DNA from: an uncultured delta proteobacterium
GTDB taxonomy: Bacteria > Desulfobacterota > RBG-13-43-22
Assembly: GCA_963802945.1 (NCBI GenBank)
Contig: CAWDKY010000026.1
Location: 1-61,100 of the forward strand
DNA length: 61,100 nucleotides
Direction of reading: 5' to 3'
Notes under the pieces: model-generated
Told to the model about the DNA's origin: nothing
Databases searched by the model: none
The model's input: the letters and a program-made list of their open reading frames with translations, nothing else
In this document: positions 40,059 to 50,991 of the stretch, in pieces
How positions within the stretch are numbered: the first letter of the stretch is position 1
Layout of the letters: each line of letters opens with the position of its first letter
Translations under genes and position numbers: made by a program

Positions 40059-40550
40059 CTATTGCCAAAGTCCCTTAGTCATTTCGCCCACAAGGACGGG
40101 CTCGAAGGAATCAAAAATAATATCCCTCACCCTGGCAAATTTTTCCCACAGTAGCGCATAGCCTTTTGTCCCTTTGGCTATGGCGATCTTTTTCTGCCAG
40201 GCCTCAACTTCATCTGGGGTTGCCTTCCGCAATTCTCCCACCGTCCCCATCAGCCTTACACCAGGAGGTGTCGAGAATTTTCCTTGAACCAGCGAATTCA
40301 GCCAAAAACCCTTGTCGGCGTTCACAGCCAGAATGCAGACCCTGGGGTTTCGTTTCAGATTGTGCGGTATCCTTACCGGATTTTCTTCGAAATAAAAACC
40401 TGTTTTATCTTCGAGTAGAATCAGCGCCCCGATAGGTGTCACGTGAGGTGATCCATCTTCATTGACGGTGGCCACTGCAAAATGACTACAGCTTTTAAAA
40501 CCTTCTTCAAATACAGTCCTGATCGTTTCCCAATGTTTGCTTATTTCCAA
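40059..40550 (-). CDS. Pyridoxamine 5'-phosphate oxidase-like FMN-binding protein
   Basis: VATVNEDGSPHVTPIG, NLKRNPRVCI; TTG start after GGAGG. Confidence 0.85.
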   Translation of the reverse strand: MEISKHWETIRTVFEEGFKSCSHFAVATVNEDGSPHVTPIGALILLEDKTGFYFEENPVRIPHNLKRNPRVCILAVNADKGFWLNSLVQGKFSTPPGVRLMGTVGELRKATPDEVEAWQKKIAIAKGTKGYALLWEKFARVRDIIFDSFEPVLVGEMTKGLWQ

Positions 40551-40592
40551 AAGACACCTCCTGTTTCCGTAAAACAAGTTGTCGTTAATAAT

Positions 40593-40677
40593 ATTTATAT
40601 AACAATATGTAATAAATGTCAAGACAATTTGTTGTTAATTTAGAATAAAGTTGATTTTTATAACTTATTGTTATAAA
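40593..40677. promoter_or_regulatory. Minus-strand promoter with ATAAC-N5-GTTAT palindromes
   Basis: TTGACA(-, 40617-22), 17 nt, TATAAA; TTTATAAC-TTATT-GTTATAAA at 40657-77 and an imperfect copy at 40599-613. Confidence 0.55.
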
Positions 40678-40730
40678 TTGTTCTAAATTCATAATCTATG
40701 AGCTGGGATTAAGTTAAAAAGGAGAGTTCA

Positions 40731-40962
40731 ATGGATTCTGAAGCAGTCAAAGCAAACGATAAGCAATTTTTCGATTATGTAAATAAAAGAGATAGGGAAG
40801 CCATGGAAAAAGGGATTGATACATTTGTAGCAGAAGATTTTATTAATCACAGCCCTGCCTTAAGGGATGGGATCCAATGAGATCATGAGCCTTGCCATGG
40901 TCAAATATAAGGATGAAAAAATTGTGGATAGATGGGTCACTTTTGAAATGAAACAGCAATAG
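40731..40962 (+). pseudogene. SnoaL/ester-cyclase-like remnant with internal deletion
   Basis: MDSEAVKAND..FVAEDFINHSP joined out of frame to MVKYKDEKIVDRW. Confidence 0.6.
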
Positions 40963-41026
40963 AGACCTACTTGGGTTACGAATTGATTAAGAGGGGCGAA
41001 AATGCGCCCGTAAATTGTAACGAGAG

Positions 41027-41371
41027 ATGATCTATAAAACCATCGGCAAAAAGATTCAAAAAGCCAGAGAGGAGGCCGACCTTTCCCAGGAGGAACTGGC
41101 CTCTAGGCTGGGATATACCCAGGCCGCCCTTTCCAATTATGAATTAGGAAAGAGGCGTCTCTATTTGGCCAACATTGAACAAATAGCCAGAGAACTGGAC
41201 AAACCTTTGAGTTATTTTCTGGAGGAGTCCCATTTAACGGCCCATGAAATTCAGAAGGAAACCAAAGATGAAATACAGACGGAGATTGTTCAGTTGTTAT
41301 CCGAACTGCCGGTAGAGGAAAAAAAGAATATCCTCGAATATATAAAGTGGAGGAGGGATCGTTTGAAATGA
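41027..41371 (+). CDS. XRE-family HTH regulator
   Basis: LSQEELASRLGYTQAALSNYELGKR. Confidence 0.92.
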   Translation: MIYKTIGKKIQKAREEADLSQEELASRLGYTQAALSNYELGKRRLYLANIEQIARELDKPLSYFLEESHLTAHEIQKETKDEIQTEIVQLLSELPVEEKKNILEYIKWRRDRLK

Positions 41372-42510
41372 TCGGCTTCGATCTTACAGAAGAACAGCTT
41401 AGTTTTCAAAAAATGGCCCGAACATTCGCTGAAAAAGAAATGAAACCCTATGCCGATGAACTGGATAGACAACAGGGGGCAGCCTTCGATTGGAGAATCG
41501 TCCATCGATTTGCAAAGGCCAATCTACTGGGACTTAGTGTCCCAAAGGAATACGGCGGAATGGGGGTCGATCTTCTCACTGCCAATCTGATTGCAGAGGA
41601 ATTAGGGGCCATTTGCCTCGGAATTTCCGAAGTGGCCGGTGGTGCCTGGCTGGCCACAACGTGCCTTACTTTGGTGGGGAATGAGGATCAGAAAAAACGC
41701 TATCTTCCCCTGGTCTGCGGAGAGAAGGCCGTACTTGCGGGTCTGGCCATAACCGAAGCCGAAGCTGGGTCGGACATTGGCGGTATCAGGTCCACGGCTG
41801 TAAGAAAAGGGGACCGCTATATTCTCAATGGATCTAAGGCATTTATAACCAATGCCGGTCTGGGAAGCTTTTACATCGTCTTTGCCACGACCGATCCTCA
41901 AAAGCGACATACCGGGCTGAACGCCTTCATCGTGGACGGTGATGCGCCCGGCCTGACACTTGGCGCCGTTGACGACAAGATGGGGCTCAGGGCTGCGCAA
42001 ACCGGGGAATTGATTTTTTCTAATGTGGAAATCCCGTTGGAAAATCTTTTGGGCACAGAGAATACCGGGTTTCTTATTGCTATGCAGACCCTGGATATGT
42101 CCAGACCATGTTTGGGAGCCGGGGTCATAGGTGCAGCCAGAGCAGCTTACGAAACGGCCCTGACTTACGCCCACGATCGGGTCATCTACGGCCGACCAAT
42201 TTTTGAGAACCAGGCCGTCTCCTTTATGCTGGCCGACATGGCCACAGAGATTGAGGCGGCCAGACTCCTGACCTGGAGGGCCTGCTGGCTGGCCGACCAG
42301 GGGATGGATTCGACCAAAGCCTCATCTATGGCTAAAATTTTCGCCACCGAAATGGCCGAAAGAGTCTGTAGCCGGGCTATTCAGATCCTGGGTGGCCAGG
42401 GATATACCCGCAAATGGCCGGTTGAAAAGTTTTACAGGGACGTCAAAGCTAGCCAGATTTATGAAGGAACCAATCAGATTCAGAGGATGATCATCAGCTC
42501 CATGCTGTAA
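41368..42510 (+). CDS. Acyl-CoA dehydrogenase
   Basis: AITEAEAGSD, LNGSKAFITN, KMGLR, QILGGQGY, IYEGTNQIQR. Confidence 0.95.
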   Translation: MIGFDLTEEQLSFQKMARTFAEKEMKPYADELDRQQGAAFDWRIVHRFAKANLLGLSVPKEYGGMGVDLLTANLIAEELGAICLGISEVAGGAWLATTCLTLVGNEDQKKRYLPLVCGEKAVLAGLAITEAEAGSDIGGIRSTAVRKGDRYILNGSKAFITNAGLGSFYIVFATTDPQKRHTGLNAFIVDGDAPGLTLGAVDDKMGLRAAQTGELIFSNVEIPLENLLGTENTGFLIAMQTLDMSRPCLGAGVIGAARAAYETALTYAHDRVIYGRPIFENQAVSFMLADMATEIEAARLLTWRACWLADQGMDSTKASSMAKIFATEMAERVCSRAIQILGGQGYTRKWPVEKFYRDVKASQIYEGTNQIQRMIISSML

Positions 42511-42518
42511 CCGATAGG

Positions 42519-43553
42519 TTATTGCGCCGTTATCCTTAGGACCTTGGCCCCCCGGACCTTTCTTTGCTTTAGTTCAAGCAGAGCTTGATTGGCCTCTTCC
42601 AATTTATATTCCTGGATTTCCGGTTTGATGGGAATTTCCGCGGCCAGGGCCAGAAATTCTTCCACATCTCTTCGAGCGACATTGGCCACGCTTTTAATCT
42701 CCTTTTCCATCCACAAATCCCGCGGGTAATCGATTTGAAGCCAGGCGGATTTGTCCCGGTTCTCTTTTCGGATGGCATTGATAACCAGCCGGCCGCCTTT
42801 GTCTAAATTTTTTAAGGCTTCTACAATTGGTTGCCAGGCTGGGGTGGTATCTATGGCCCCTTGGAGTTTGGCCGGGGATTCGGCTTCGATCTCTCCAGCC
42901 CAGACTGCACCCAATTCTTTGGCAAAATCCTTCTCCTGATCGCTGCGGGCGAAAACAAAGACTCGGGTGTCAGGATACTTGTGCCGGACCATCTTGAGCA
43001 CCAGGTGGGCCGAAGCCCCAAAGCCGATCAGGCCCAGATTTTGGCCGTTTTCGATCCCGGTCAGTCTCAAGGAACGATAACCAATGGCCCCGGCGCAGAG
43101 CAATGGAGCAGCCTCGGCATCGGCAAACACCTTTGGAATTTTATAGGCAAACCGTTCAGAAACAACGGCATATTCGGCATAACCCCCATGGACGTCCCGT
43201 CCGGTGGCCTTAAACTGATCACATAAGTTTTCGTCACCCCTTAAGCAAAAAGGGCAGTGACCGCAGGCCGAATGGATCCAGGCGATGCCCACCCGGTCCC
43301 CTACGGCGAAGCGCTTGCCCATGTCCCCTGCTTTTTTAATCCGGCCGACAATTTGATGGCCTAAGACAACAGGAAAATTCGGCGGCGGTGTCCGGCCCTC
43401 GATCTCATCCAGTTCCGTATGACAAACGCCGCAGACCGAAACTTGGACCATGAGCTCGTCGGCTTTCGGGTCCGGTTCAGGCAGGTCTGTCATCTCAAGA
43501 GGATGGTCATTTTTTTCAAGATCGGCCAATTGCTTTAAAACCATGGCCTTCAT
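42519..43553 (-). CDS. Zinc-binding alcohol dehydrogenase family
   Basis: CGVCHTELD, GHQIVG, CGHCPFC..ENLC, APLLCAG. Confidence 0.93.
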   Translation of the reverse strand: MKAMVLKQLADLEKNDHPLEMTDLPEPDPKADELMVQVSVCGVCHTELDEIEGRTPPPNFPVVLGHQIVGRIKKAGDMGKRFAVGDRVGIAWIHSACGHCPFCLRGDENLCDQFKATGRDVHGGYAEYAVVSERFAYKIPKVFADAEAAPLLCAGAIGYRSLRLTGIENGQNLGLIGFGASAHLVLKMVRHKYPDTRVFVFARSDQEKDFAKELGAVWAGEIEAESPAKLQGAIDTTPAWQPIVEALKNLDKGGRLVINAIRKENRDKSAWLQIDYPRDLWMEKEIKSVANVARRDVEEFLALAAEIPIKPEIQEYKLEEANQALLELKQRKVRGAKVLRITAQ

Positions 43554-43622
43554 GAAGAGCAGCCTCCCAAAAAGGGTTTATTCATCGGTTCTTCTTCGCA
43601 GTATTTGTGAAAACTCTTTATT

Positions 43623-43723
43623 ACAGGTTGCTCAAAAAGGTGGGATTGATGGGCCTTTTTGTTCGACCCACATCTCGTCTCACTCCCACCCCTTCGGGGC
43701 GGTACCCGGTTTCGGCAACCTGT
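43623..43723. repeat. MITE-like element with ACAGGTTGC/GCAACCTGT ends
   Basis: 9 bp perfect terminal inverted repeat enclosing internal hairpins; intergenic. Confidence 0.55.
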
Positions 43724-44223
43724 TAATTTTTTACCCGTCCGAAGAGACTTCGATATTTGCGGCAGCCGTCGAATTTCAGATAAGGGATGACCGCATTCGT
43801 CTCTTCTTCATTCATGGGCAGAAACTTTCCTTTGGCCCGAAGGCACGCTTTTCCTTCAAAGAAAAGTTCTCCCTGACAATAGGCGATGCGCCTGCCATCC
43901 TTAAGCATCTGGCCGACGATCTCAATCTCTTCTTTCACCGGGACGGGAAAAAGATATTTGACGGTCAGCTCTGCGGTGACAAAGAAAGGATGCTGACTGC
44001 TAAAGACCGTGGCTGCCCAGCCCATGGTTTCATCCAGAAGCCCGGCCAGGATACCGCCATGGGCGATCATTTTATATCCGTTGTGATGCTGGGGAAGAAT
44101 AAGACGGGTCCTGACGGTTTCTCCCTGGACAAAAAAAAGGGTCTGTGCCCCACAGGAATTTTCATCTCCGCATAAAAAACAGCCGCTGGAATGAGGCAGA
44201 TATTCATGTTCCATTTGGTTCAT
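43723..44223 (-). CDS. PaaI family thioesterase
   Basis: CFLCGDEN, HGGILAGLLDE. Confidence 0.9.
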   Translation of the reverse strand: MNQMEHEYLPHSSGCFLCGDENSCGAQTLFFVQGETVRTRLILPQHHNGYKMIAHGGILAGLLDETMGWAATVFSSQHPFFVTAELTVKYLFPVPVKEEIEIVGQMLKDGRRIAYCQGELFFEGKACLRAKGKFLPMNEEETNAVIPYLKFDGCRKYRSLFGRVKN

Positions 44224-44358
44224 AGAATTTCCTTCTCCTTGATCAGTCTTATGGAAAGATGTGGAATAAATATTCATACCCCAAAACAGAAAAGACATCA
44301 AGCCGGATAAAGGGAACGCTGGAATTTTGGGCGACGGGGGTTTCTTAGGATGTGAAGA

Positions 44359-44382
44359 AAATAGGGACAGATGCCCCTATTT
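44359..44382. repeat. AAATAGGGACAG palindrome (imperfect copy)
   Basis: AAATAGGGACAGATGCCCCTATTT; perfect copy at 47808. Confidence 0.6.
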
Positions 44383-44715
44383 CAGCCTTCCCCTTGGCTC
44401 GACACATTATCGGGCTGTGTTCGGGTAAGCGGCCAGGCGCATGATTGTGCTTGACCGAGGGGCGTGTGAAGAAGTATGCTCAAAAACGGTAAAAAACACT
44501 TTTTTTCAGCAACGTGAAGACGGTTTTGCCTTTGCCGGGTCAGGTGAGGAACGATACGGGCTTTTTCGGGGTCAGAGAGACAATCCCGCAACCGGGCACC
44601 GGCCCAAACACCCCCGAAATGGCAAGACCGCCGCATAATTCCGGTTAAGATGTTTTTGAGCTAAAAACCTTAAAAGATTTTGACAATATGTATGATTGTT
44701 GAAGGAGGACTATTT

Positions 44716-46152
44716 ATGAAAACAGTGATTGACCCACAAAAAGAAATTCCAGTATATGCTGAGGCGGATGTAGTGGTGGTCGGTGGCGGTCCTGCAGGCA
44801 TCGGCGCGGCTTTATCCTCTGCCCGGAATGGCGCCAAAACCATCCTGCTGGAGCAATTCGGCTCCCTGGGTGGTTTGCAAACGCAGTGTTTTAACACCTG
44901 TTTCTCCTATGTTGACCCTGAAATTCAGGGTGGCGTCATCCGGGATATTATGGACAGGCTAAAGAAGGGCGGCGGTATGACCAAGGACGCCTCTGCCGAT
45001 ACCCGGCAAATGCGTGGTATGGGCGGCGTCTTCTTCGATGCGGAGTACTACAAGTTCTTGCTCGATAATATGATGGCCGAGGCTGGAGTTAAACTGCTGT
45101 ACCATGCCTTCGGCGTTGGCGCTATCAGAGACGGCAATATCCTCAAGGGCATTTTTATCGAGTGTATGGAGGGGAAGAAAGCCTTACTGGGGAAAGTTAT
45201 CATCGATACCACAGGTAATGCCGATATCGCCTGGAAATCTGGCGCCTCAGTAATGTCAGGCGGGTTCCCTTACGGTCCAAAGAAGGGAAGAACGATGGGA
45301 TACGGTTATGCCTTCTTTCTGGGCGGCGTGGATGTCCCCAAGTTGAAACAGTTTAGAAAAGAGTATCCAGAGGAGTGGGGCACGATGCATGCCGGCGAAA
45401 AAGCCATCGCCCAGGCCAAAGCAGAGGGGAAGCTTACCGGAATGCGCCAATCTTACATCCTCAGTGAGGTTTACCGCGGTCCGAGAATCTGGGTAATGGG
45501 AGCGCACCACCCCATACCGGCGGGACATCAAAATTGGATGCTGGAAGATCTGACTGAAGGAGAAATACACCTGAGACAGGCGGCCTGGGGATCCTTAAAT
45601 CTACTTAAAGAAAACGTGCCGGGATTCGAGAATGCTTACATGGAAAAGACCCCGAACATTCCCGTCCTGAGGGATACCCACAGAGTGCTCGGACAATATG
45701 TCCTCACGGAAGAGGATATGCGCCAGGGCAGAGCCTTTGACGATTCCATTGCTATCAGCAATATGTGGCCCGATATCTTCGGTCCCGATTACGAACACGC
45801 CGATATATTCTATACGCCACCTTATGATATTCCCTATCGCTCGCTGGTTTCAAAAGACACGGATAATCTTCTTGGCGCGGGCGCTACAATCTCGGCTGAT
45901 TTCGTTGCCTGGGCGGCAGTAAGGTATTGCTCACCCAGTATTTGCACCGGTCAAGCCGCCGGCACCGCCGCCGCTTTGGCCGTCAAGGACAAGGTGACAC
46001 CGAAGCAACTCAACGTGAAAAAATTGCAGGATACTCTCCGCAAACAGGGCGCGCGTATTACGGTCAACGAAGTACCCAAGCCGGTTATGGATGAATATTA
46101 CAAAACAGTAGAGAGACTGGCAGAAAAAAAGAAAGAAACTGTAAAAGCATAA
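44716..46152 (+). CDS. FAD-dependent oxidoreductase (PF12831-like)
   Basis: DVVVVGGGPAG, IDTTGNAD, PYDIPYRSL, GQAAGTAAA. Confidence 0.9.
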   Translation: MKTVIDPQKEIPVYAEADVVVVGGGPAGIGAALSSARNGAKTILLEQFGSLGGLQTQCFNTCFSYVDPEIQGGVIRDIMDRLKKGGGMTKDASADTRQMRGMGGVFFDAEYYKFLLDNMMAEAGVKLLYHAFGVGAIRDGNILKGIFIECMEGKKALLGKVIIDTTGNADIAWKSGASVMSGGFPYGPKKGRTMGYGYAFFLGGVDVPKLKQFRKEYPEEWGTMHAGEKAIAQAKAEGKLTGMRQSYILSEVYRGPRIWVMGAHHPIPAGHQNWMLEDLTEGEIHLRQAAWGSLNLLKENVPGFENAYMEKTPNIPVLRDTHRVLGQYVLTEEDMRQGRAFDDSIAISNMWPDIFGPDYEHADIFYTPPYDIPYRSLVSKDTDNLLGAGATISADFVAWAAVRYCSPSICTGQAAGTAAALAVKDKVTPKQLNVKKLQDTLRKQGARITVNEVPKPVMDEYYKTVERLAEKKKETVKA

Positions 46153-46207
46153 AATACCTGCTTTCAAGCGCCGTTAAATCCACATATTTTTCTTAAGTAG
46201 AAAATGA

Positions 46208-46238
46208 TGAGGGTGAGATTGAGGTCTTCTCACCCTCA
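46208..46238. terminator. Hairpin between convergent genes
   Basis: TGAGGGTGAG..CTCACCCTCA 10 bp stem. Confidence 0.45.
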
Positions 46239-46538
46239 AATACCAACAAAGTGCAAACTCTGAACTCATTTCGATTATTTGCCTTAAAAATTTAGAGATC
46301 CAATTCAAAATCCGTTTTGTAATTATGGGTGTTGTTATTAAATCATTCACTATATTCTCCTACAAAAAAACTTGATTTATACCGGGGTAACCAGAGTGAA
46401 AAAGCTGGTTGTAATTGTTGGAACCAAGAAGGCAATGGCTATTGCCATCAAAAATAATAAGACAGAAAAGAAATATACTCTTTTAAGGGAAAGGTTGATC
46501 GGAGGTTAAAAAATGTATCCTTACAGGGTCGTCTGAAT

Positions 46539-46832
46539 TTATTTTATCTTTCCTATCTCATAACCCAACTGGGCTTCCTTATTTCTCAATAATTTAATAG
46601 CCTTTCTGAAGCGTGCATATCTCCTCCCGGCCTCAAGGATTAAAAGACCGCCCAGGATGATAAAAAGTACGCCCACACCAAAATAAAAGAATCCTTCCAT
46701 GAATTTTATGATCACCAGTCCAACCGAGGTGAATGCCAACCCGGTCTGCATATAGGAATGCATGGTTCTCTCTCTGGAAAGAAGAGTTTGTTCTTCAAGG
46801 AGAACGAGTTTTATTTCCTCATTTTTATCCAA
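46539..46832 (-). CDS. DUF202/YidH-like small membrane protein
   Basis: EQTLLSRERT..QTGL, two TM segments. Confidence 0.8.
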   Translation of the reverse strand: MDKNEEIKLVLLEEQTLLSRERTMHSYMQTGLAFTSVGLVIIKFMEGFFYFGVGVLFIILGGLLILEAGRRYARFRKAIKLLRNKEAQLGYEIGKIK

Positions 46833-46911
46833 ATTTAATAACTCCTTTGGAGTAATACCTTGCTAACCCCTTCAATGCCATTTTGAGGGCATCCTTGTCA
46901 ACCTCTTGGCA

Positions 46912-47723
46912 TTATATATAACCTACCAAATATAATGATCCTGAATATATTATGCCATTTGGTGTAACATCTGTAGGAGAAAATTTATCATCATTATTTC
47001 CTAATAAGGTTCTTATCCCTAAAATAATAGCTTTTAAGTAACCATATCCAGGACCCAAATTATTTTTAACGAATTTATTTGTATAATCCTCTATGTCTGG
47101 CCTTAAAAATGGCAACCTATACACGCCAATATGAATAGTTCTATCTTTGTAAATCTCGATATTTCGTTTGATTTTACCAGCTGAGATCCTTTCAAAAATA
47201 TAGCCATTTCCTGCATAAATACCACAATGGCTCCAAGAGCCATTATCAATTGAAGCAATAATCCGGCTTATTCTGCTCTTGGTATTAAAAGCAAAAATTG
47301 AATCTGCAATATTTAATTTTGATATTAGATTATCCCATTCTGCATTATATTCGCTATTGGAAGAATAAGTTTTGAATTTCGGCATGATATTTACCGTATC
47401 AAATACCTTCAGATTTTCGTTATTAAACGCCCTAATACCACAATTAAATAATCTATAATTGTTAATTGAGTTCGGAAAAAAAAAGAGGCGATTTTTTGAG
47501 TTAATTCAGGGTTGGTATGTTTACAAATAAAAACTTTTGAGTTAACTAAATCTTCGATGCCAATTTTCCTGATTTTTCTATTTCTTAAAAATAAAATATC
47601 TTTATTGGATATAAAAACACCAACCTGATTATATTCAGTTTTGGTATCTGGTTTTATTTTCGTTTTTTTATCATTAAACAAAATAAAACTTCCAATAAGG
47701 TTTTGTTTATCTTCAAAAGTCAT
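46912..47723 (-). CDS. YiiX/YaeF permuted papain-like protein, frameshifted at a T9 run (47476-84)
   Basis: SRII..GSWSHCGIY..VYRL..VTPNGI; an open frame links the T9 run to the 47385 ORF; very AT-rich. Confidence 0.6.
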
Positions 47724-47807
47724 TTTTATATTAAAATTATTTTTTATGGTTGATTTCCAAATTAAGGACGGGCCTTAACTGGAGACTCCAATTTATAAGA
47801 TCTAGGA

Positions 47808-47831
47808 AAATAGGGACAGCTGTCCCTATTT
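47808..47831. repeat. Perfect 24 bp palindrome
   Basis: AAATAGGGACAG-CTGTCCCTATTT. Confidence 0.7.
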
Positions 47832-48007
47832 ACACTATTTATTCTAAAGTTTTCTGTATAACTTCTCTTCCCAAAGGCTTCCTTTGGAGTAGAAGCACCG
47901 ACCATTTGTCTTTTTGGGTTGACCTATGGTTTGCCAACCCTCTCAGATTCTTTATAACTCATTTTATAGCGGAATCGGGTTAATTGATTTGTTAGCAACA
48001 AATTATT

Positions 48008-48232
48008 TCATAATGCCTTTTCAAGACGTTCCGCCACCCAGACTTTGATGATAGATTGTCGAGGAACACCCAAACGTTTTGCTTCTTTATCCAGCAATTG
48101 AATCATCCACAGAGGAAAATCTACATTTACTCTTTTCTGCTCTTGTTTAGGCCTCCTGGCCTTTGATACATCAAGGTGTTTAGAAATATTTTCCCCTTTG
48201 TCAAATTTCTTTTCAATTTCATTAGCTTTCAT
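48008..48232 (-). CDS. CopG/BrnA-type antitoxin
   Basis: MKANEIEKKFDKGE..RVNVDFPLWM..LDKEAKRLGVPRQSIIKVW. Confidence 0.85.
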   Translation of the reverse strand: MKANEIEKKFDKGENISKHLDVSKARRPKQEQKRVNVDFPLWMIQLLDKEAKRLGVPRQSIIKVWVAERLEKAL

Positions 48233-48290
48233 ATAAATCAACATCTTCTTTTCTTGATCGGCGTACTGAAATAATTCTTATCTTTTCTGT
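48222..48290 (-). pseudogene. C-terminal remnant of BrnT toxin
   Basis: EKIRIISVRRSRKEDVDLYES* overlapping the antitoxin start; N-terminus absent. Confidence 0.7.
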
Positions 48291-48379
48291 CAGATTCCAG
48301 GGAATTAATTATAAATGATAAATATTATCTTGACAAATAATTTTTATCTCTTACCTGGTGCAGGGGAAATACGAAGATC

Positions 48380-49620
48380 TTAAAATTGACAAAAAATATG
48401 GGCAAAGATCTGGGCGTCTTGGATGAGATGAGAAATCCGGCAGAATTCGTTGGGTTGATGGGCGGTACCGGAAGAAGTGAACCAGACGGCAGCCGGAAGA
48501 CCGACTTCCCGGAAAAACGCAGCCACGGTTCCTCCCCCAATTCCCCAGGGAAAGGCCTTTTTATGATGCACGGCTTGAACGGCTTTTTGTAAGGCCAGGA
48601 CCACCGGGGCATCGGCCTTGGTCGGCGGTGGGGCTTGAACAATATTAACCACTTCAATTTTGATACCCAGTCCGGTTTTTTTCTCCACCTCGGCGGCGAT
48701 CATTTTTATGGTCTCAATGACCTTAGTTAATGGATATTCGGGCAGGACACGGCAATCCATATAAAACACATCCTGACCAGGGATGGTATTGATGTTGGGC
48801 ACATTGGCTTCTTTTTGCGTGGGCTCAAAGGTGCTTATGGGGAGATCAAAGCGGGGGTCCTTTTTTTTGAAAATATCGAGGCAGTTTTTCCAGGGCCATG
48901 ATTAAATGGGCCGTCCCTCGCAGGGTATTTATTCCCTATGTCAGGCCGACTGCCATGACATTGTTTTCCCAAAAGGGTGAATTTCATCCAAAGCATGCTT
49001 TTTTCCGCCACCTCGATCATGGTCCCTTCCCGGTTTCCGGCATCGGGAACAATAATCAGGTCCTCGGCCTTGAACAGGTTGCGTTTTTTTTTCAAAACAT
49101 ATTGCAAACCCTTTGGGCTCCCTGTTTCCTCGTCGGAGACCCAAATGAGCCCGATAGGATAGGCGGGGCGCACGCCTTCCTCCTGCAAGGCCTTGACGGC
49201 AAAATACGAAGAAACAATACCGTGCTGGTCGTCCTCGACTCCCCGGCCGAAAAGGAAATCTCCTTTCCGTTTCAAGGTCATAGGGATCAGCTCTTCCATA
49301 ACCGCCTGTCGCCGATGGGCACAATATCCATATGGCTCAAGATCCAGATGGTCCGGGAAGAATTCTGGCCTTCGAAAAGGGCCAGGAGATTGGGGCGAAT
49401 CCCCTGGGGAACCCGAGGATCAGGGCAGCCCAGGTTTAAAAGGGTTTGAGGTGATAAGGCCTTTAATTGTTTTTCCAGAAAAAAGGCCTTGGCATATTCC
49501 CCTTGCCCCCCATTTTGAGGACCCTAAGGCTGGAATAGCCGTTAAATCCCGCTGAAAGGCCACCATCTGTTCTTTATACCCCCGGATCCGGTTCTTTATT
49601 CCCGGCCAGGGGTTGGAGGT
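48380..49620 (-). pseudogene. M20 family metallohydrolase (DapE/ArgE-like), several frameshifts
   Basis: HMDIVP, GRGVEDD, SDEETGS, QCHGS, NINTIPG, GGGT, HQPNE spread across different frames. Confidence 0.8.
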
Positions 49621-49628
49621 CTCTCTTA

Positions 49629-50991
49629 TTAATGGGTCGTGGGCGCGGAGCCATTTTGAATCCCCTCGATCTGTGATGACAGGAAATGGACTTGTTTGGA
49701 AATCTCCGGATTTTTTTTAAGACTCTTTTCCACGGTGTTGACCGCATAGATCACCGAGGTCGTGTCCCGATTGAAGGCCTGGCCGATGGTCTCCAAGGTA
49801 TGGCCGGTATATTTCCGGCTTAAAAAAATGGAGAGGTTTCGGGGGAGAAGATGGACCCGTTTCCGGGAACGGGAGGTCATCTCTTCCGGAGACACTCGAA
49901 AATATTTTCCCACCAGATTCTTTATAGTTTGAATGGAGACCTCATGTTTTTCCTGAATCTGTTCCTGCACCACCAATTCAGCCAGGGAGAGATCCAAGTT
50001 CTGGTTCATCAAGTTGGCCTGAGCCGACATCCTGATCAGACAGCCCTCTAACTGCCTCATGTCTTTGAAAGGCTTGCCGGCCAGAAATTGTTTGACCTCC
50101 TGATGAAGGGCGATCCCCAGGAAATTGGATTTCTTTTCCACTATGCCCAGTCGGGTTTCAAAATCAGGGGGGTCAATGGAACCTATCAAGGCCGAACTCA
50201 AACGGGACTTTAATTTGCTGCTCAGACGCGGGATATCCTTGGGCGGCAGGGAACTGGTGAAGATGATTTTTTTATTGGCGTTAAACAAGGTGTCCAGGGT
50301 ATAGCCCAACTCCGTCTGGGTGGTTTCTTTTCCGCTTAAGAAATGGACTTCTTCCAACAGAAGAAAATCGCAGTTTTTTCTATATTTATCTTTGAAGGTG
50401 TTCATGGAATTGGCTTTTAAGCACTGGATCATTTCGTTGGTAAAGTCTTCAGTGGAAAGATACAAGACCCTGGCCTGAGGTTTATGTTGGTGAATATAAT
50501 TACCCACGGCTTGGGACAAATGGGTCTTGCCCAAACCGGAGGATGAAAAAAGATACAAGGCATTGTTATGCAGATTTTTTTCTTCAGCCAAGGCCTTAGA
50601 AGCCAGGTAGGCGAAATGATTACTGGGACCGGTCACGAATTGATCGAAAGTAAAACCTCCGTTCAACTGCTGTTGCCCTTTCCGGTCGAACCCCGGTAAC
50701 ATCCACTGCTGAGGAGGAGCAGAATGGGATTGGGATTGACTGGGCCGGGGAGAAGAAACCTGCAAGCCGATATTCAGGTTATTGGGGTATAGATTATTGG
50801 CCGTCTGAACGATATGGGTGTAATATTTTTCTTTGACCCAATTTAAGAAAAAGAGGTTGGGACAACCCAAGAGGAGGTCCTGGTCATTGGACGGGAGGAG
50901 ATCCAGAGGTTCAATCCACATTTGATACTGATTGGCCGGGATTTGGATCTGGAGTTGTTCTTTAATGGTCTGCCAGCATTGTATCCTTCAT
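49629..50991 (-). CDS. dnaA: DnaA-family protein (atypical second-type copy); 5' frameshift near 50985
   Basis: WIEPL, FTFDQFVTGPSN, SSGLGKTHL, RLSSAL, IGQAFNRDTTSVIYA; in-frame N-terminal extension CWQTIKEQL lacks an ATG. Confidence 0.85.
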
